Origin: the human T2T-CHM13v2.0 reference genome, Homo sapiens
DNA: 64,000 nucleotides
Direction: 5' to 3' (one strand)
NCBI RefSeq assembly: GCF_009914755.1
Contig: NC_060932.1
Shown: one piece after another, positions 27,281 to 42,056 of the stretch
How positions within the stretch are numbered: the stretch's first letter is position 1
How the letters are laid out: every line of letters begins with the position of its first letter
Made by a program: the position numbers and the translations under genes
Notes under the pieces: model-generated
What the model saw: the letters and a program-made list of their open reading frames with translations, nothing else
What the model was told of the DNA's origin: nothing
Database searches by the model: none

Positions 27281-28582
27281 TTGTCAATCAATGTGAGCTT
27301 TTTGGACCACTTCTCCTTATCCACTCTAAGCAGGCCATCCCAGGGAGACTAAATTAGCTAAAGGGACAAAGCTCAGCTTTTTGCCTCTGCCCATTAGGGC
27401 CCTTCCCTGGTAGGCCCTGGTACCCACAATTGCCTTGGGGTGATTTGTCTGGCTCTTGAGCTACAAATTGCTCTCACCTCCACCAGCCTATTGTGTACCC
27501 ATATGTTAAGTTGCTTTTTCTCTTGATTCATTCTCCCTTTGGCCCTCAGACCTTGTCCTCCTTGCCTTCACAGCCAACTGGTTCTCATTTTTCCCTCTCA
27601 GAACCTGCAGCCCCCTCTTTCCTTACAGTCTTCAGAGGAAAGGACCCTAACAATATATCCTGGATAGAGGTTCACAGTTTCAGGGAGAAGCTGATATCAG
27701 GAGCCTATGAGAATGCCTAGAGAATCCCGGCAGATCTGAAAGAAACTCTGTGACCTGTAAGAACATGACACTTCAATCTCAGCAATTACTTTCCCTAAAA
27801 AGTGCTACATCCTTTCCTGAATATTGGTTATAGCACCAAATAAACCAGCAAATCCATCATCCTATCTCCTTGTGGGACATGTTTTTCCCCGATGTCTATG
27901 AGTCGTCTCATCAAGTCAGCACTCAGAAAGCTCTGAGACTGAATATCCCCACTTATCCTGCACTTCAGCTATTAATGAGTAACAGCAATATAATTAAGGC
28001 TTTTCACTTAACGATGAATCAACCAAAGCACTTGGGAAAGATGTGACACTTACAAGAACATTTACATTTTTTGTGCTAAAATATTATTTTAAAACTGCAC
28101 ACTATATCACTAAAAACAGTTCTGGGTGGAATTAAACACCACATTTCATGTAACTTGGTGCCATATGTTTTGTTAAACCTTGTGCTCTTGAAATGTCTGA
28201 GTCTGCACTGGAACCGAGGCAAGAAGGGTGGCTCAATAGGAAGAAATATGTACATACATCAAGTGTGTTTTCAGTTCTTATGTGCCAAGAAAACTGGAAC
28301 CAGTGTGAATGCATTAGATGACCCAAGTGGGTTGACAGGATGCAATGCCCTGAGGGTAATACATGAGTTCCTAGGAAGAATTGAGAGGCAGAAAAGTTCA
28401 CCAACTTGACAAGAACATGGCTTAAGATACTGACTACTCAGTGAATTGCTTCTAATCTGCCCTTCCTGACAGCTCATTAGTTTCTTTCCTAAACATGCTA
28501 TATGCTAGACTGCCTTCTCTGGGGCTGAGGAAAAATGAAGTGAACCTTATGAAATATAGAGTTGAGCCCCTCCTCTCCACAG

Positions 28583-28651
28583 ATATCCAGAAGTATCATT
28601 GCTTAGGGAGCTCATACAGAGACAAATGGTGGCCGAACTCGATAAGGAATG
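28583..28651 (+). other. Candidate 69-nt internal exon
   Basis: CCCCTCCTCTCCACAG|ATATCC...GGAATG|GTATGG in repeat-free sequence; no transcript evidence. Confidence 0.3.
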
Positions 28652-29212
28652 GTATGGGGCTCACCGTCTCAGCCAAAAGTGCTCCCTAGATTTTAACATC
28701 TTTCACATTTTGCTCTCTCCTTTGAATTTATGACTTTAGCAAAGCAACTCATGCACGTAATTCAGAAATGCAACCTTTTTTTGTCGTGGGAGACAGGTTG
28801 AACAAATAGACTTATTTTAAATAAATGATTCCCCGTGAATTGTGCATGAAACATGGGGATGTCTCCTTTTTGGAAGAGTGTGGCTAACATTTTGTTCTTC
28901 TCATTGGAATGGAGTTTGTTTCTGCTGTGTTTCTTTCTTCTACTTAGCTGAGTTTTCCAATATGTCAGAGGCTGACATAGCGCACACCTATGGTTCAGTG
29001 ACCCCTCTGGAATATTTGATTTTCGGGTGATCCATTTCTCCTTGGCCATATGATAAACTCAAATCAGGCTACTTTCAACAAAATGTTGTTGATTAAATCA
29101 TTGTGTTGCAAATTGAGTTTTCTTCCCAACTTCCCTTCCTGGGGACAAGTGCCTACCGAATATTTTTGTAATGGTACTTAAGACTCTGAGGGATGGTGTA
29201 TGAGTTCAAATA

Positions 29213-29500
29213 TGAGTTCAGTTGTGTGTGACAGCAATGCAAAATAACACTGGTATAAACAAGATAGAAATATATTTCTCTCTCACATGAAAGTTGCCCT
29301 CAACCACATGACCCCAGATGACTTTTCATTAAGTCCTCATTCCAGCCAGCAGGAAGGGGAGAGAGAAAATATATTCCTTCCTTCTGAGATTGGTGAAATG
29401 TTACATTTCATTTCTACTTATATCCCATTGGCCCATACTTAGTGACATAGCCAGACCTGGCTGCAAGGAAGTCTGGGAAGTGTAGTTTTTATTCTAGCTT
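29213..29500 (-). mobile_element. Old ERVL LTR, LTR33-like
   Basis: AAACAAGATAGAA...CATTCCAGCCAGCAGGAAG...CCCATTGGCC...GCTGCAAGGAAGTCTGGGAAGTGTAG. Confidence 0.6.
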
Positions 29501-29561
29501 GCCTGATAATGTACTTTTCAGGCTACTATAGCTTGCCTGATAAATTACTTTCAGGCTACTA
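29495..29561. repeat. Imperfect 33-34-bp tandem duplication
   Basis: TAGCTTGCCTGATAATGTACTTTTCAGGCTACTA / TAGCTTGCCTGATAAATTACTTTCAGGCTACTA. Confidence 0.9.
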
Positions 29562-29944
29562 GTTTATCAAGGTAATTTCCCACGTGACAACTGTGAAGTC
29601 AAAACAATCTGTGACTTTGGACCAGATTGGTATTGACTTTGGGCTGGTATTTGTGAAGGGTACTCCCTTCAATTTATAACTCTGGGGAGCAGCATAGACA
29701 TAAAATACGGTGCTCCGTATTTTTGAATATGGATTTCTTAACCCAGGGAAAAGTCTATTTACAGAATGAAGTGCTTGAAGAAATTATCCAGATAATTCAA
29801 GGCAAAACATAAAGCTCTTAGAAACCAGACTTCTTGTTTTGAGGGACTTGAACCAGAAGAACCCTATGCAAGGAGTCTGACATTATCCTGAAGGATGCTA
29901 AGTAAAACTCTCTTTGGCAGAAAAAAATCTATTTCAAGTAGCTG

Positions 29945-30441
29945 TGTCAGAGGCGTTCAAAACAAAGTGACTCCATCTTGAGTGAGGGTTATGAAAATGA
30001 GGCTGGGGCTGGCTGGGCTGCATTCCCAGAAAGGTATTCTTAGCCTCTAGATGTTTACGGTTAAAGGAACAAATTGATAATGTTTACTAAACAGACCCAG
30101 GAAAAGGCATTCCTAATTTTGCCGTAAAGATGATAATATTGATTCTTGCAAAATATAGTAATTAAGAAAATAAATCCTTTATCACAAACCCTTGTAGCAC
30201 AGCACATCTCCCCATGATCTTTTTTTATCCTATATATACAAGCATTGTACCTAGAATGGACGTGTTCCTCCTCTTACTTTCGGGAACACCGTACTCTCTC
30301 TATGCAGTAGCTATTCTTTCACCACTTTACTTTCTTAATAAACTTGCTTTTGCTTTGCACTGCAGACTCACCCTGAATTCTTTCTTGTGTAAGTTCCAGG
30401 AACCCTCTCTTAGTGTGGATCAGGACCCCTTTCCTGTAACA
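29945..30441 (+). mobile_element. ERV1 solo LTR, MER41 family (MER41C/D-like)
   Basis: TGTCAGAGGCGTT...GACTCCATCTTGAG start, AATAAA at about 30337, ...CCCCTTTCCTGTAACA end; 4-bp TSD GCTG at 29941-29944 and 30442-30445. Confidence 0.92.
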
Positions 30442-30812
30442 GCTGGGATCAGCAATCCCACTTGCCATATCAACATTATGTGTCCAGAGAAGGAAGTGCT
30501 GGTTACACTGTGGATTCTGAAGTCATTGTCTTGTAAGACAATGTTGTAGAACAAAAGGCAGGGGTCAATTTGTCAAAAATCACAATCCTGATACTAGCCG
30601 GCCTTGGTTCCTATGTTAGGCAAATATGCGATCTCTGTTGTTCTCTCTAGCAAGGGTGCTGGCTGTTACTTATAGATAATGCTTGAATGGGAACTTACAC
30701 TGAGAAATCAAACTTTGAGTTTTACCCTGACTTCAGGAAAAAGATATCAAAAAGGGAAATGTTAGGCTATTTGACAGGTGTACTTTTTTGTTTCCTGACA
30801 GAAATTATCTAA

Positions 30813-31008
30813 GCAGTGGTTCCAAACTCTCATAGTACATTGGAATCACCAGAGGAATTTCCTAAAAATTAAAAACTAATTAAAACTAATGTCTAATCCC
30901 AACTTCAAGGATTCTAATTCAGTTATCCTGAGATGGGGCCAAAGGATCAGAATTTTTAAAACCTTCCTAAGTGATTCTAACATGCAGCCAGGGTTGAGAA
31001 CCAATAAC
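30813..31008. mobile_element. MER5-family hAT MITE
   Basis: CAGTGGTTCCAAAC...CATTGGAATCACC...GTGATTCTAACATGCAGCCAGGGTTGAGAACCA. Confidence 0.8.
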
Positions 31009-32424
31009 TTAAGGACCCTCCTCCCTGCCCTGATCCATTCCAATCATTACAGGATTGTGCAATCCAGATTAAAAGATTTCAAATGGGCTGAGCAAGGAAT
31101 CCCTTTGCCATCAATAGCTGTAGCCAATTATCACACACCCACAGCTCTGTTATCAAGCCCTGGGGAAGAGCAGATATAATAAACGGAGGGAAAAATAACA
31201 AAGGAAGGAGGTTAGCTTTAGTCATGCTCATTTTGTACAAGAAATCCACCCAAGGTACCCCACAAAAGATGTAGGTTTATTATAACCCTACATAAGTACC
31301 TGCAGTAGATGTGAAAAATGGGATAATTCCAGCGACCAGCTCCTCATTGAGTCTCCTTCATGGACCTAATATTGAAGACTGCCTGCAATGTCACCTGAAT
31401 GACTCATCTTTTCATCCTATTTTGCATTATTTTCCTACAGTCACCCAACTCTCTAGCCAAGCTGGACCACTGTTTGTTCCCAGTGTCCCAACTTCTTCAT
31501 GAAGTCTCTTTTCTTTTCCCCAACAGGAGGTGATCTAGCCCCCCTTCTTAATCCAACACGTTGTATCGTTGTTAGACATGTGTGTTATTCTGCTTATGCT
31601 GTGCTTACTTGTATTCTTTTCCTTCCCAATAATATAAAAACATCTTGCAAACAAGCTCTGCATCTTACTCATGTTTGTACCCCTTTAGTCCCTAACATAG
31701 CTCTTTCTGTGTGTTTGGCCCTCAGCAAATATTTACTAAGTGGAAATGAATTTTCAGAAACTTCTCCAGATGGTTCTTTCATATAGTGGATTGGTTCCGA
31801 GTATATGTACTTTATACCTTATCTGCTGCTTCTGAACCATGAAAGCCTGAGCAACTCTGTCTTTGAACGAAGGCTCTTCTTAGGTCTACACATGCTAAGA
31901 GAAATTGCTCTGGGCATGTCAACTATTATTTATTCAGCAGTTCAGCATCCACTATCTTAAATGGCCCTCTTCCAACTGCAGTGACTCATCTGACATTTTG
32001 GAATAAAATAAATATCCCTTTTAGGAAAAAAAAATCCCAAAGTTTCTCTTTAAAAGCTTTGGGGTTACTAGGGGGAAACAAGAATGGAAAGGAAAAATAT
32101 GGGAGTGGATGCAGTGGTGAACGTGCAAAGAAAGTTCTTCCAATGACAATAGAGCTTTTAAATATTTATGCAGAAGGAAAGAACACTTTTCAGAAGCCAA
32201 GTCATTTTTCAGTTAAACAAACCTCTCCATCTCCAGGGAGACATGGGTATTCCCATTTGATCTGCAGGGGGAAAGTGGAGGATTAGCAAAAGGATTTTAC
32301 TCCTAAGCACATTTCTGTTTTTTAAACTTTAAAAAGCCAGCTAGACACTCTGCCTCCAATACAGGAGTAACTATATCCACAGAATTTGTGAGGATTGACA
32401 GATAAATATTGTCATAGTAAAATT

Positions 32425-32935
32425 AACATAATTGGTATTTATATTTACATGACTCCTTCCAAGTTATAACGTTTTTCACATGTGTTATCTCATTGAAACT
32501 CACAACAACCCTGTAAGTAATAGGAATTATAATCCCCATTTTACAGAGCACGAAACTGAGGTGCTGGTTGCTAGAGAAGACAAAGTGCCCAGGCATTCTT
32601 TCCAACCACACACCCTGTTAATATGCAGGACAAAGCTAAGCAGATGGAGCCCTGTACAAACAGTTCCCTACTCAAATACATCCAGGGTCAGTGCAGTGAT
32701 TAAGGGCTTATGCTTTGGAGTCAGACAGAACAGACCAAGAGGCAGAGATTCCAGCTCTGCCTCTCCATAACCCTGGGCAAGGTACTTATTAACTTCACTT
32801 GGTAGCAGGCTTCTAATTTGTAAAATGCACATAAAAATAGCCACAGGGGTTTTCTGAGAATTAAATGAGTTCGTGAAGTGCTTACCACAGGGCCAGGTAC
32901 AAGACAAACCCTTAACGAATGATAGTTATTAATAT
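32425..32935. mobile_element. Two MIRs in opposite orientation (about 32425-32610 minus; about 32690-32935 plus)
   Basis: CCCCATTTTACAGAGCACGAAACTGAGG (minus core) and CCCTGGGCAAG...TGTAAAATG...GAATTAAATGAG (plus core). Confidence 0.7.
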
Positions 32936-35518
32936 TAGTATAGGTTCATCTATGAGGAATAACACATTGCACATTGCAAAGTGCTCTATAATTATGACTT
33001 CTAATTAAATGCATGGCCTAATGAAAAACACATCTGGGAGTTTTCTCCGGCTGAGAGTAAACACTAATTTCAAATAAAAAATCGGTGCTAAACCATTGTA
33101 CCTCAAACGGGACTCCAATATTTTTTCAAGATTATGTATTCTGTTACTGAAAGTGCATACACCAGTCAAAGTTGGGTTTTATTTATTTTAAAATACCCTG
33201 TGTTTTAAAATTTTTACCAATAAACCATGTCTACCAGATTACCCCATATTTCACTGCACACTTCAATAATCTTTACACGTTAATCAACCACCTTGACTTT
33301 GCACCCTGTATTTATTGTGCCCATATTTTATTATTTCTTTGGTAAACCTTATGTTTCAAAAGCTTTCCAGAAGAACTCAATCACAAAACTATGCTTCTGG
33401 GTGACACTTAAGATATAAGGTTTTAACCCAGTGGTGAAATAATTTTAATGATAAAAACAAAACCATGAAATGGAATCCTAGTGACAGTTAAACAAATCTG
33501 TAATTATCCAGCCAGTGTGTAAATCCCTTCTCTCCCCTTTCTCATTCAATTTGCAGACCTGGATGTCATCTCATTAAATCAACAGCTCAGATGTGCACAC
33601 AAACGTCTTACACCAAATACATATTCCTCTTTCCACCTCTCTCCCAACATCTAAGCTTCTCTTACGTAATGGCAACATCAAATTAAATCAGGGGTAAAAA
33701 GTAAATGGGAAATCAGGTATCCAAAGCAAATGCAAGCAGCTACAGCTGGTGCTTCACACCAACAATCTCCAGGTGTTGAAAGAAGATTATGTGAATGGGA
33801 ATGCTGTGTGCGTGTGTGTATGCACGCACACATGCAATTCAACAATTACTGAATTCTTCCCATTTGCATATTTCCAGCACTAAGCCACATGCCTGGCATA
33901 TATGAGTCTTAATAACTGTTCATCAGATGAATCTATGAATTACAAACACTCCACTGAAATCACTCTCTGTAATGGTCCTTGCATGACCCTCTGATCCCAC
34001 TTATTCAGCATCTGTATTTAAGACTTTGTTTTGGTAATTAAAAGTCTTAACAGTTATGCTTTGTTCAAGCCCAAAATACCATTCAGATGAGATGGCGCTT
34101 CCTGTAGCAGTTTCTCTATGTCATCCATCTACGCCAAGCTTCACCCTTACCCTCAAGAGCTTGCTAAAGTTTTTGCAAGAGATGGGAATGTCTGTCATCC
34201 ATAGAAGGAAAAGAGAGGGTGCAGTGCTGCCTGAAGTGCTGAGAAGCACAAGCCAACACTCTTACTTCCAGGAAATCCATGGCCTTATGGACTAAGTTGT
34301 TGTCCATGGTCCCCAGCTGTAAGCCTTCACTCCTTTCCAAGCTGGGCCCCAAAAAGGGGACCCGGGGCCCAGGCCTTGAGAATGGCTTGCAATGGCAGGA
34401 AGTAATTCAGGAGTATGCTTTTGGAAGTCCTAATCTCCGATGCTCCTGGCACTCATGGGATATCATTGTGGAATAAACTCTCAGTGAGAAAATAAGGAAC
34501 TGGACCCAACCAAAGTCATTTTAAAAACACATCTGCTATTGGAAAGAGAAGTGAATCTAATATCTTTCTCACAGAACTGACTTGCAGATAAGTGGAAACT
34601 CTAAGTGTCATTCCTGGGGATACCGCGTCCTGCTACACAGCTGGAGTGGATCCTTATCCTCCATCTGGGACTCATCCAGAAACCCAAAGCCATCATGTCA
34701 TCCACTTGTCCATTTAATTACCAGGCTTTTTTACTTTTAATATTCTTTCATTCTCACCATCTGGAATTGGTTTTTGTCAGATGTTAGGATCCATAATATC
34801 TTCCTCTGAGTTGCTAAAATTGGATGAATTTCTTTGGGATTAATTTGGGAGGAGGTGTTTTCTTTAATTACAAACTCAAACATCTCAAAATGTTTTAATG
34901 AGCAAGGGAATTGTGTTCAAAACCAGAGCAGTCCAGCCAGACTTGGTCCTTTTGACTTCTGGAGAAGAACACAAATAAGTCCTTCCCTCAGTGTCAGGAA
35001 CCAGATGGGTATTTACTGCTCACAAAAGGAAGAGTTCATATTAATTTAATAACAAACTCTTTTTTAGGAAATTCTCTGTGTCAGTTCTTTAGATATAAAC
35101 TAAGAAAAAGGAGTCATTCTCATCGTGACAGAGACTGAGATGAGACCTGTAAGTGTGGAGTCCACTGGGAAGGTGGCTCTGTTGGACAGAGGCCCTAGCC
35201 ATAGGCCAACGGGCAGAGAAAGAAGGTGGCAGGTGATTAAGGAGTTGCAAGAGGAGGCTATGTTGCAGAAGAATTACTCTGCCAACAGTAAATGGGGTGG
35301 ATAGGAATGGGAGAGGATGGGGCCTGCAGTGGAAAGCCAGGCACCTCTGTATCAGGGACGGGCCAGGAGAGGTGGCAGTAGGAAGGCAAACACCTCCCCC
35401 ACCTCAGACATTCTAAAGAAATACAATGATTGGGACTTAACTAAATAAGTGATGAGATAAAGGTGAACCTATAAGCAAGCCTGAGTCAATGCTAGAAATG
35501 GATGAGGAAGTAGCCGGG

Positions 35519-35846
35519 TGTCTTGGTCTGTTCCAGCTGCTACAACAAAGCGCCATAGACTGGGTAGCTTATAAACAACATAAATATATTTCTCACAGTT
35601 CTGGAGGCTGGAAGACTGAGATCAGGATGCCAGCATGGCAGGGTTCTGGTGAGGGATCTCTTCCAGCTTGAAAATGGTCTGTTTTATAAAAAGAGGTCCT
35701 CATAAGGGTGCTAATCCCATTCATGAGTGCTTCACCCTCATGATCTAATTACTTCCCAAAGGCCCCATCTCCTAAAACCATCACACTGGGGATTAGGATT
35801 CCAACATAGGATTTGGCAGCAGGACACATACATTCAGTCCATTGCA
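35519..35846 (-). mobile_element. MaLR solo LTR, MLT1A-like
   Basis: TGTCTTGGTCTGTT...CATAGACTGGGTAGCTTATAAACAAC...CATTCAGTCCATTGCA. Confidence 0.85.
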
Positions 35847-36149
35847 GTGGGTTTGAAAAGTTCTGGTGGACTGAGCTCCAGCAAGCACCTGAAAAATGGC
35901 AGAGCTCCTGCATGCCAAAACACCTGTGGTTGACTCACTCTTCCCACAGCCCTAGTATAATCGGCTAGCTTCATTTCCCTCCATGATGCTCTGCAGAAGA
36001 AACAGCATCCAAACAGGAGAAAGAATGGAGTCCACTGCTTTGATTTTGCATGTAGCAGACACTAAGCTACTCAATTTTTTCAGACCTTCTAGTTCATTTT
36101 TTTTAAGATATATTTATTTGACAACATGGAGTTTGCCCAGAGGAAGAAA

Positions 36150-36565
36150 ATCAATGTGGGAAAATGTTTGGAGATGGTGTCAAAAGAAGAAAGGCTATTG
36201 TCTATAAACAGCTGTCATATGGATGGAGTAGACTATTCTCTCTGTTGCTTCAGAGGGGCCAAACAAGGAGAAAAGGATAGAAGCTGCAGGGGGATACATA
36301 TTGATTCACTATAAGAAAGACTTTTTCTTATAATTAGAATTTGCAACCACACCTCTTGGAGGAATGCATTTCCTGGGATTTTTGCATGATCACAGAGTTA
36401 TTAAGTTGGTAAGAGCTATAGAGCCCAACTTCTTCATTTTATAGAAAGTAAAATTAAAGCCTGAAAATACTGCAGGCTTACCATTGGTTCTGGAGGTTAG
36501 AGTAGGGTCTCCTGCATTGAAGAGGGTATTGAGATGACCTTCAAAGCGTATTCCAACTTGTGAGC
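36150..36565 (+). mobile_element. L3/CR1 LINE fragments
   Basis: GCTGTCATATGGATGGAGTAGAC...GCTTCAGAGGG...AAGAAAGACTTT and GATGACCTTCAAAG...TTCCAAC 3' motif. Confidence 0.55.
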
Positions 36566-36637
36566 CCAGGTTCCCAAAACCTAGCTCATAATAGAAGCAG
36601 AAAGGCAGAGTATAATGGGAACTAAGAACATTGGCTT

Positions 36638-37668
36638 AAAATTGACAAATGGGATCTAATTAAACTAAAGAGCTTCTTCACAGCAAAAGAATCTACCACC
36701 AGAGTGAACAGGCAACCTACAGAATGGGAGAAAGTTTTTACAATCTACTCATCTGACAAAGGGCTAATATCCAGAATCTATAAAGAACTTAAACAAATTT
36801 ACAAGAAAAAATCAAACAACCCCATCAAAAAGTGGGCGAAGGATATGAAAAGACACTTCTCAAAAGAAGACATTTATGCAGCCAAAAAACACATGAAAAA
36901 ATGCTCACCATCACTGGCCATCAGAGAAATGCAAATCAAAACCACAATGAGATACCATCTCACACCAGTTAGAATGGTGATCATTAAAAAGGCAGGAAAC
37001 AACAGGTGCTGGAGAGGATGTGGAGAAATAGGAACACTTTTACACTGTTGGTGTAAAAGTTCAACCACACTAGTTCAACCAGTGTGGAAGACAGTGTGGC
37101 AATTCCTCAAGGATCTAGAACTAGAAATACCATTTGACCCAGCCATCCCATTACTGGGTATATACCCAAAGGATTATAAATCATGCTGCTATAAAGACAC
37201 ATGAACACGTATGTTTATCGCGGCACTATTCACAATAGCAAAGACTTGGAACCAACCCAAATGTCCATCAATGATAGACTGGATTAAGAAAATGTGGCAC
37301 ATATACATCATGGAATACTATGCAGCCATAAAAAAGAATGAGTTCATGTCCTTTGTAAGGACATGGAAGAAGCTGGAAACCACCATTCTCAGCAAACTAT
37401 CTCAAGGACAGAAAACCAAACACTGGATGTTCTCACTTATAGGTGGGAATTGAACAATGAGAACACTTGGACACAGGATGGGGAACATCACACACCAGGA
37501 CCTGTCACGGGTTGGGGGAAGGGGGGAGGGATAGCATTAGGAGATATACCTAATGTAAATGACGAGTTAATGGGTGCAGCACACCAGCATGGCACATGTA
37601 TACATATGTAACAAACCTGCACGTTGTGCACATGTACCCTAGAACTTAAAGTATAATTAAAAAAAAAA
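36638..37668 (+). mobile_element. 5'-truncated L1PA (L1PA5-like), ~1.03 kb, inserted in a MIR (about 36604-37860)
   Basis: ORF2 C-terminus (track ORF 36704-37204), 3'UTR and poly-A; perfect 14-bp TSD AAGAACATTGGCTT at 36624-36637 and 37669-37682. Confidence 0.95.
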
Positions 37669-38422
37669 AAGAACATTGGCTTTGGTATCAGAACTGAGCC
37701 AAATCCTGGCTCCACCACCAACCAGCTGTGTGACCTTGGGCCACCCAATATCTCTCTCTCGTACCTATCTTGCTTCTTTACCTAATAAAATGGGACTGAT
37801 ATTTGTAACTACCTCAGAGGGCTCTCATGAGAGTTAACTGAGAGAATGTATGTTAGCTATTATTACCTTTGCCTGGCCCCAATACCTGACTGATGTAGGT
37901 GTTTTCATTGGATTCAAAACATAATTTATCTTACTGTCACTATGCTGAGAAATGCGACACAAAACATGAGATTGCTTTGCATGAACTTACTTACCGCCAC
38001 GTGAATTCCATCCTTATAGAGCCTTTGGTGCTTCCCTGCCATGCCAGGTTTCTCTTGAAGAAAAGTGGTATCTGAATAAGTATTTACAGTCAATTGTTCA
38101 CTTACTGAGCAACTACATGCTGTACCACTATTCTTCAGGAGACACAGGTCTTGCCCTCAGGAAATGCAACCCAGAGAAGAAGACAGAAGACGGATGGATG
38201 CTTTTCTTCCCAAAAGGACTCCACTTCATATCGACTCATTAATGAATCCTTTTTGGGAAAATAGTCATTATCATTTGAACTGTGCCCCCAAACAAAAGAT
38301 ATATTGGTGTGTTAACCTCCCAGTACCCTTAGAATGTGCCCTTATTTGGAGATAGGGTCTTTATTGAGGTAATCAAGTTAAAATGGAGTTATTATGGCAG
38401 GCCCTAATCCATGACTGGTGTC

Positions 38423-38896
<474 letters not shown>

Positions 38897-39889
38897 TGGT
38901 CCTTATAAAAAGGAAACATTTGAACAGAGACAGACACACACACAGGGAGAGCACCACGTGGAGATAAAGGCGGAAATTGAGGTGATATTTCCACAAGCCG
39001 AGGATGCCAAAGGTTGCAGCAAACTACCAGAAGCCAGGAAAGGGGAGCAGGACAGATTCCGTCTAATGGTCCTCCAGAGGAACCAGCCCTGCCGACACCT
39101 CGATCTCAGCCTTCTAGCCTCCAGAAACAGTGAGACAAAAATTTCTGTTTTTTAAGCCACATAGTTATCACAGCCCTAGCAAACTAACACAATACTCTAT
39201 GCCAAGTCCTCTGCTAGGCACTATGGGAGATAGATGCAAAATAAGAGCTCTAACGGGTTGTAACGTACTGTCATGTTACACCAGCAGGATGAACAAAGTG
39301 TTGGAATAGCTTACAAAAGTGATTAATTTTGACTACGGAGGGAAAAAAGCAAAGGAGTTTTTATAAGGGAGGTGACATTTGAGGTAGCTCTGAAAGGATG
39401 AGTCTATGATTTCATGAGGTGGGGAAATGGAGAAGGAATCCTTGAGATCAGGGAAACAGCATAAGTGGAGGAAGATTGATGGTATGTTCGGGGAAGTCTG
39501 GTGTGGTTAGAGATGGGGTGCAGGGACAAGGAGGGAGTGGTTGCAGAAGAGACTGTGGCCAGTCTGCAAAGAGTGATGGCAATCTGGTGGAGAAGTCTAC
39601 TTTTATTTTGTCAACAATGGGGTGTCATCAACAGTTGGGGAAGCTGTGTTATAATTGTACAGATTCAAATCTTTTATCTAAGTGCCCTTTGCCTTCAAAC
39701 TGACACTGGCCTCATGGTGAGTTCAAACATCCTATCCATACAAGGAACTCGTGTAGCTGGAGGTACCACTAGGTGGGTCTGGATCCCCTGATGCTTGCCC
39801 AATAGTGGAGATGCACACCTAGCTTAGTGCCAGGTGCATAATACATGCTTGTTAGACAACAGCTAATAATCATTCATCCATTCCATAAA

Positions 39890-40022
39890 TTGTTTTTAAT
39901 GAGATAGGGTCTCACTATGCTGACCACGCTGGTCTTGAACTCCTGGCCTCAAGCGGTCCTCCCGTCTTGGCCCCACAATGTGCTGGGATTACAGGTGTGA
40001 GCCACCACGTCTGCGTCCGGCC
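39890..40022 (-). mobile_element. FLAM_C-like monomer
   Basis: Single reverse left monomer; TSD CCATTCCATAAA at 39878-39889 and 40021-40032. Confidence 0.88.
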
Positions 40023-40763
40023 ATTCCATAAAACTTTAATAAGCATCTATTATATCCAGGCTCACTGTTCCAGACACCATGTAATGAAAATGACAAAATC
40101 TTTGCCTTTCATTCTAGCAAAAGGAGGCATAGAATAAACACAGAAACAAATAAAAATGATTTCAGATAGAGTGATGAGGAAAACAGAACACATTAAGTGG
40201 GATGGTGAATAACAGGGCATGGGGAAGGATGCTGATAAAGGAAGGTTGTTCTAAGGAGATGATATTTTTGCTGATTCCAGAAGGATGTGAAGGAGCTAGG
40301 TAAGCAAAGATCTGGGGAAGAGACTTCCAAATATAGGGAGCATCATACCTGAGGTGGCAATGAGTTTGGAAGTTCAAGAAACAGAGAAAAGGACATTGTG
40401 GCTGGAGGATCATGGTGTGGAGAAAATAGTAGAAAAATCATCAGAGAGGTAAGTAAGGAAAGGCCCGTGCATTTGGGGCCTTGCAAGTTCTCATAAGAAA
40501 TTTGGATTTTATTCTGACTGCAATTTAAGCCATTGAGAGTGAGTCTAGTCACCAAGAGAGATGTTTGACATGATTTACCCTTAAAATGACAAAAGTAGAA
40601 GCAGGAAAATGAGTTAGGAGGTTCCACAATAGTCCAGATGATGAATGGAGGGAACTTGACTAGGTAGAAGCCATGGAGATGGTGAGGAGTGATAGAATTG
40701 GGGGTATATTTTCAAGGGAGGATTACAGGGCTTGACGATGGATAGCTCATGGGCATAGAATGT

Positions 40764-41490
<727 letters not shown>

Positions 41491-42042
41491 GCCGTTCAGA
41501 GGATTGAGGCTGCATATGTGGCAAATGGTGTCACGCACTAGAGGGGAAGGTTGGAAAAGGGCATGTTTGGTGGGAGAGGGGTAAGATCAAGAGTTCTATT
41601 TTGAATGTTTAAACGTCAAGGTACCTATTAGCCTTCTAATGGAGATTGCTATTATGTGCAGCCAGGATTAAGAATTATCTTATTGTGTCTATTAAAGTAT
41701 AATCAGTCTGACCTGCGTGGGGCATGGAAAGCTAAATCATTCCTGAATCTCGAGCAGTCATTATCCCAAGGCCTATGAGATGTTCCCAGTATAATAAACA
41801 AAACCCTCTGGGATGCTGGCCCTGTCTGCACATTCCTGCCCTCTCACTCACAGCTTTCCTCTCATCCCTCCTTCAAAGCATCTCAGCTGGATGGCTACCC
41901 AGAAAGCCTCCCACTGCTGCAGAATTGGAAATGTGGGTCCTCCACCTAACAGCTGGGTTGGATCCTGGGTCAGCAGCAGATTAAGGCTACACTGCAGGGG
42001 CCTGACCCAGGAGTGTATTTAGGAGCTTCTCAAGTCAGGCAG

Positions 42043-42056
42043 CAGGAAGTGAGTCA
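42043..42056 (+). promoter_or_regulatory. Candidate ETS/AP-1 composite element
   Basis: CAGGAAGT overlapping TGAGTCA in non-repeat sequence; motif evidence only. Confidence 0.45.

Noticed and set aside
36704-37453. ORFs of 166 and 80 aa
   Set aside because: C-terminal L1 ORF2 remnants of a truncated element, not a host gene.
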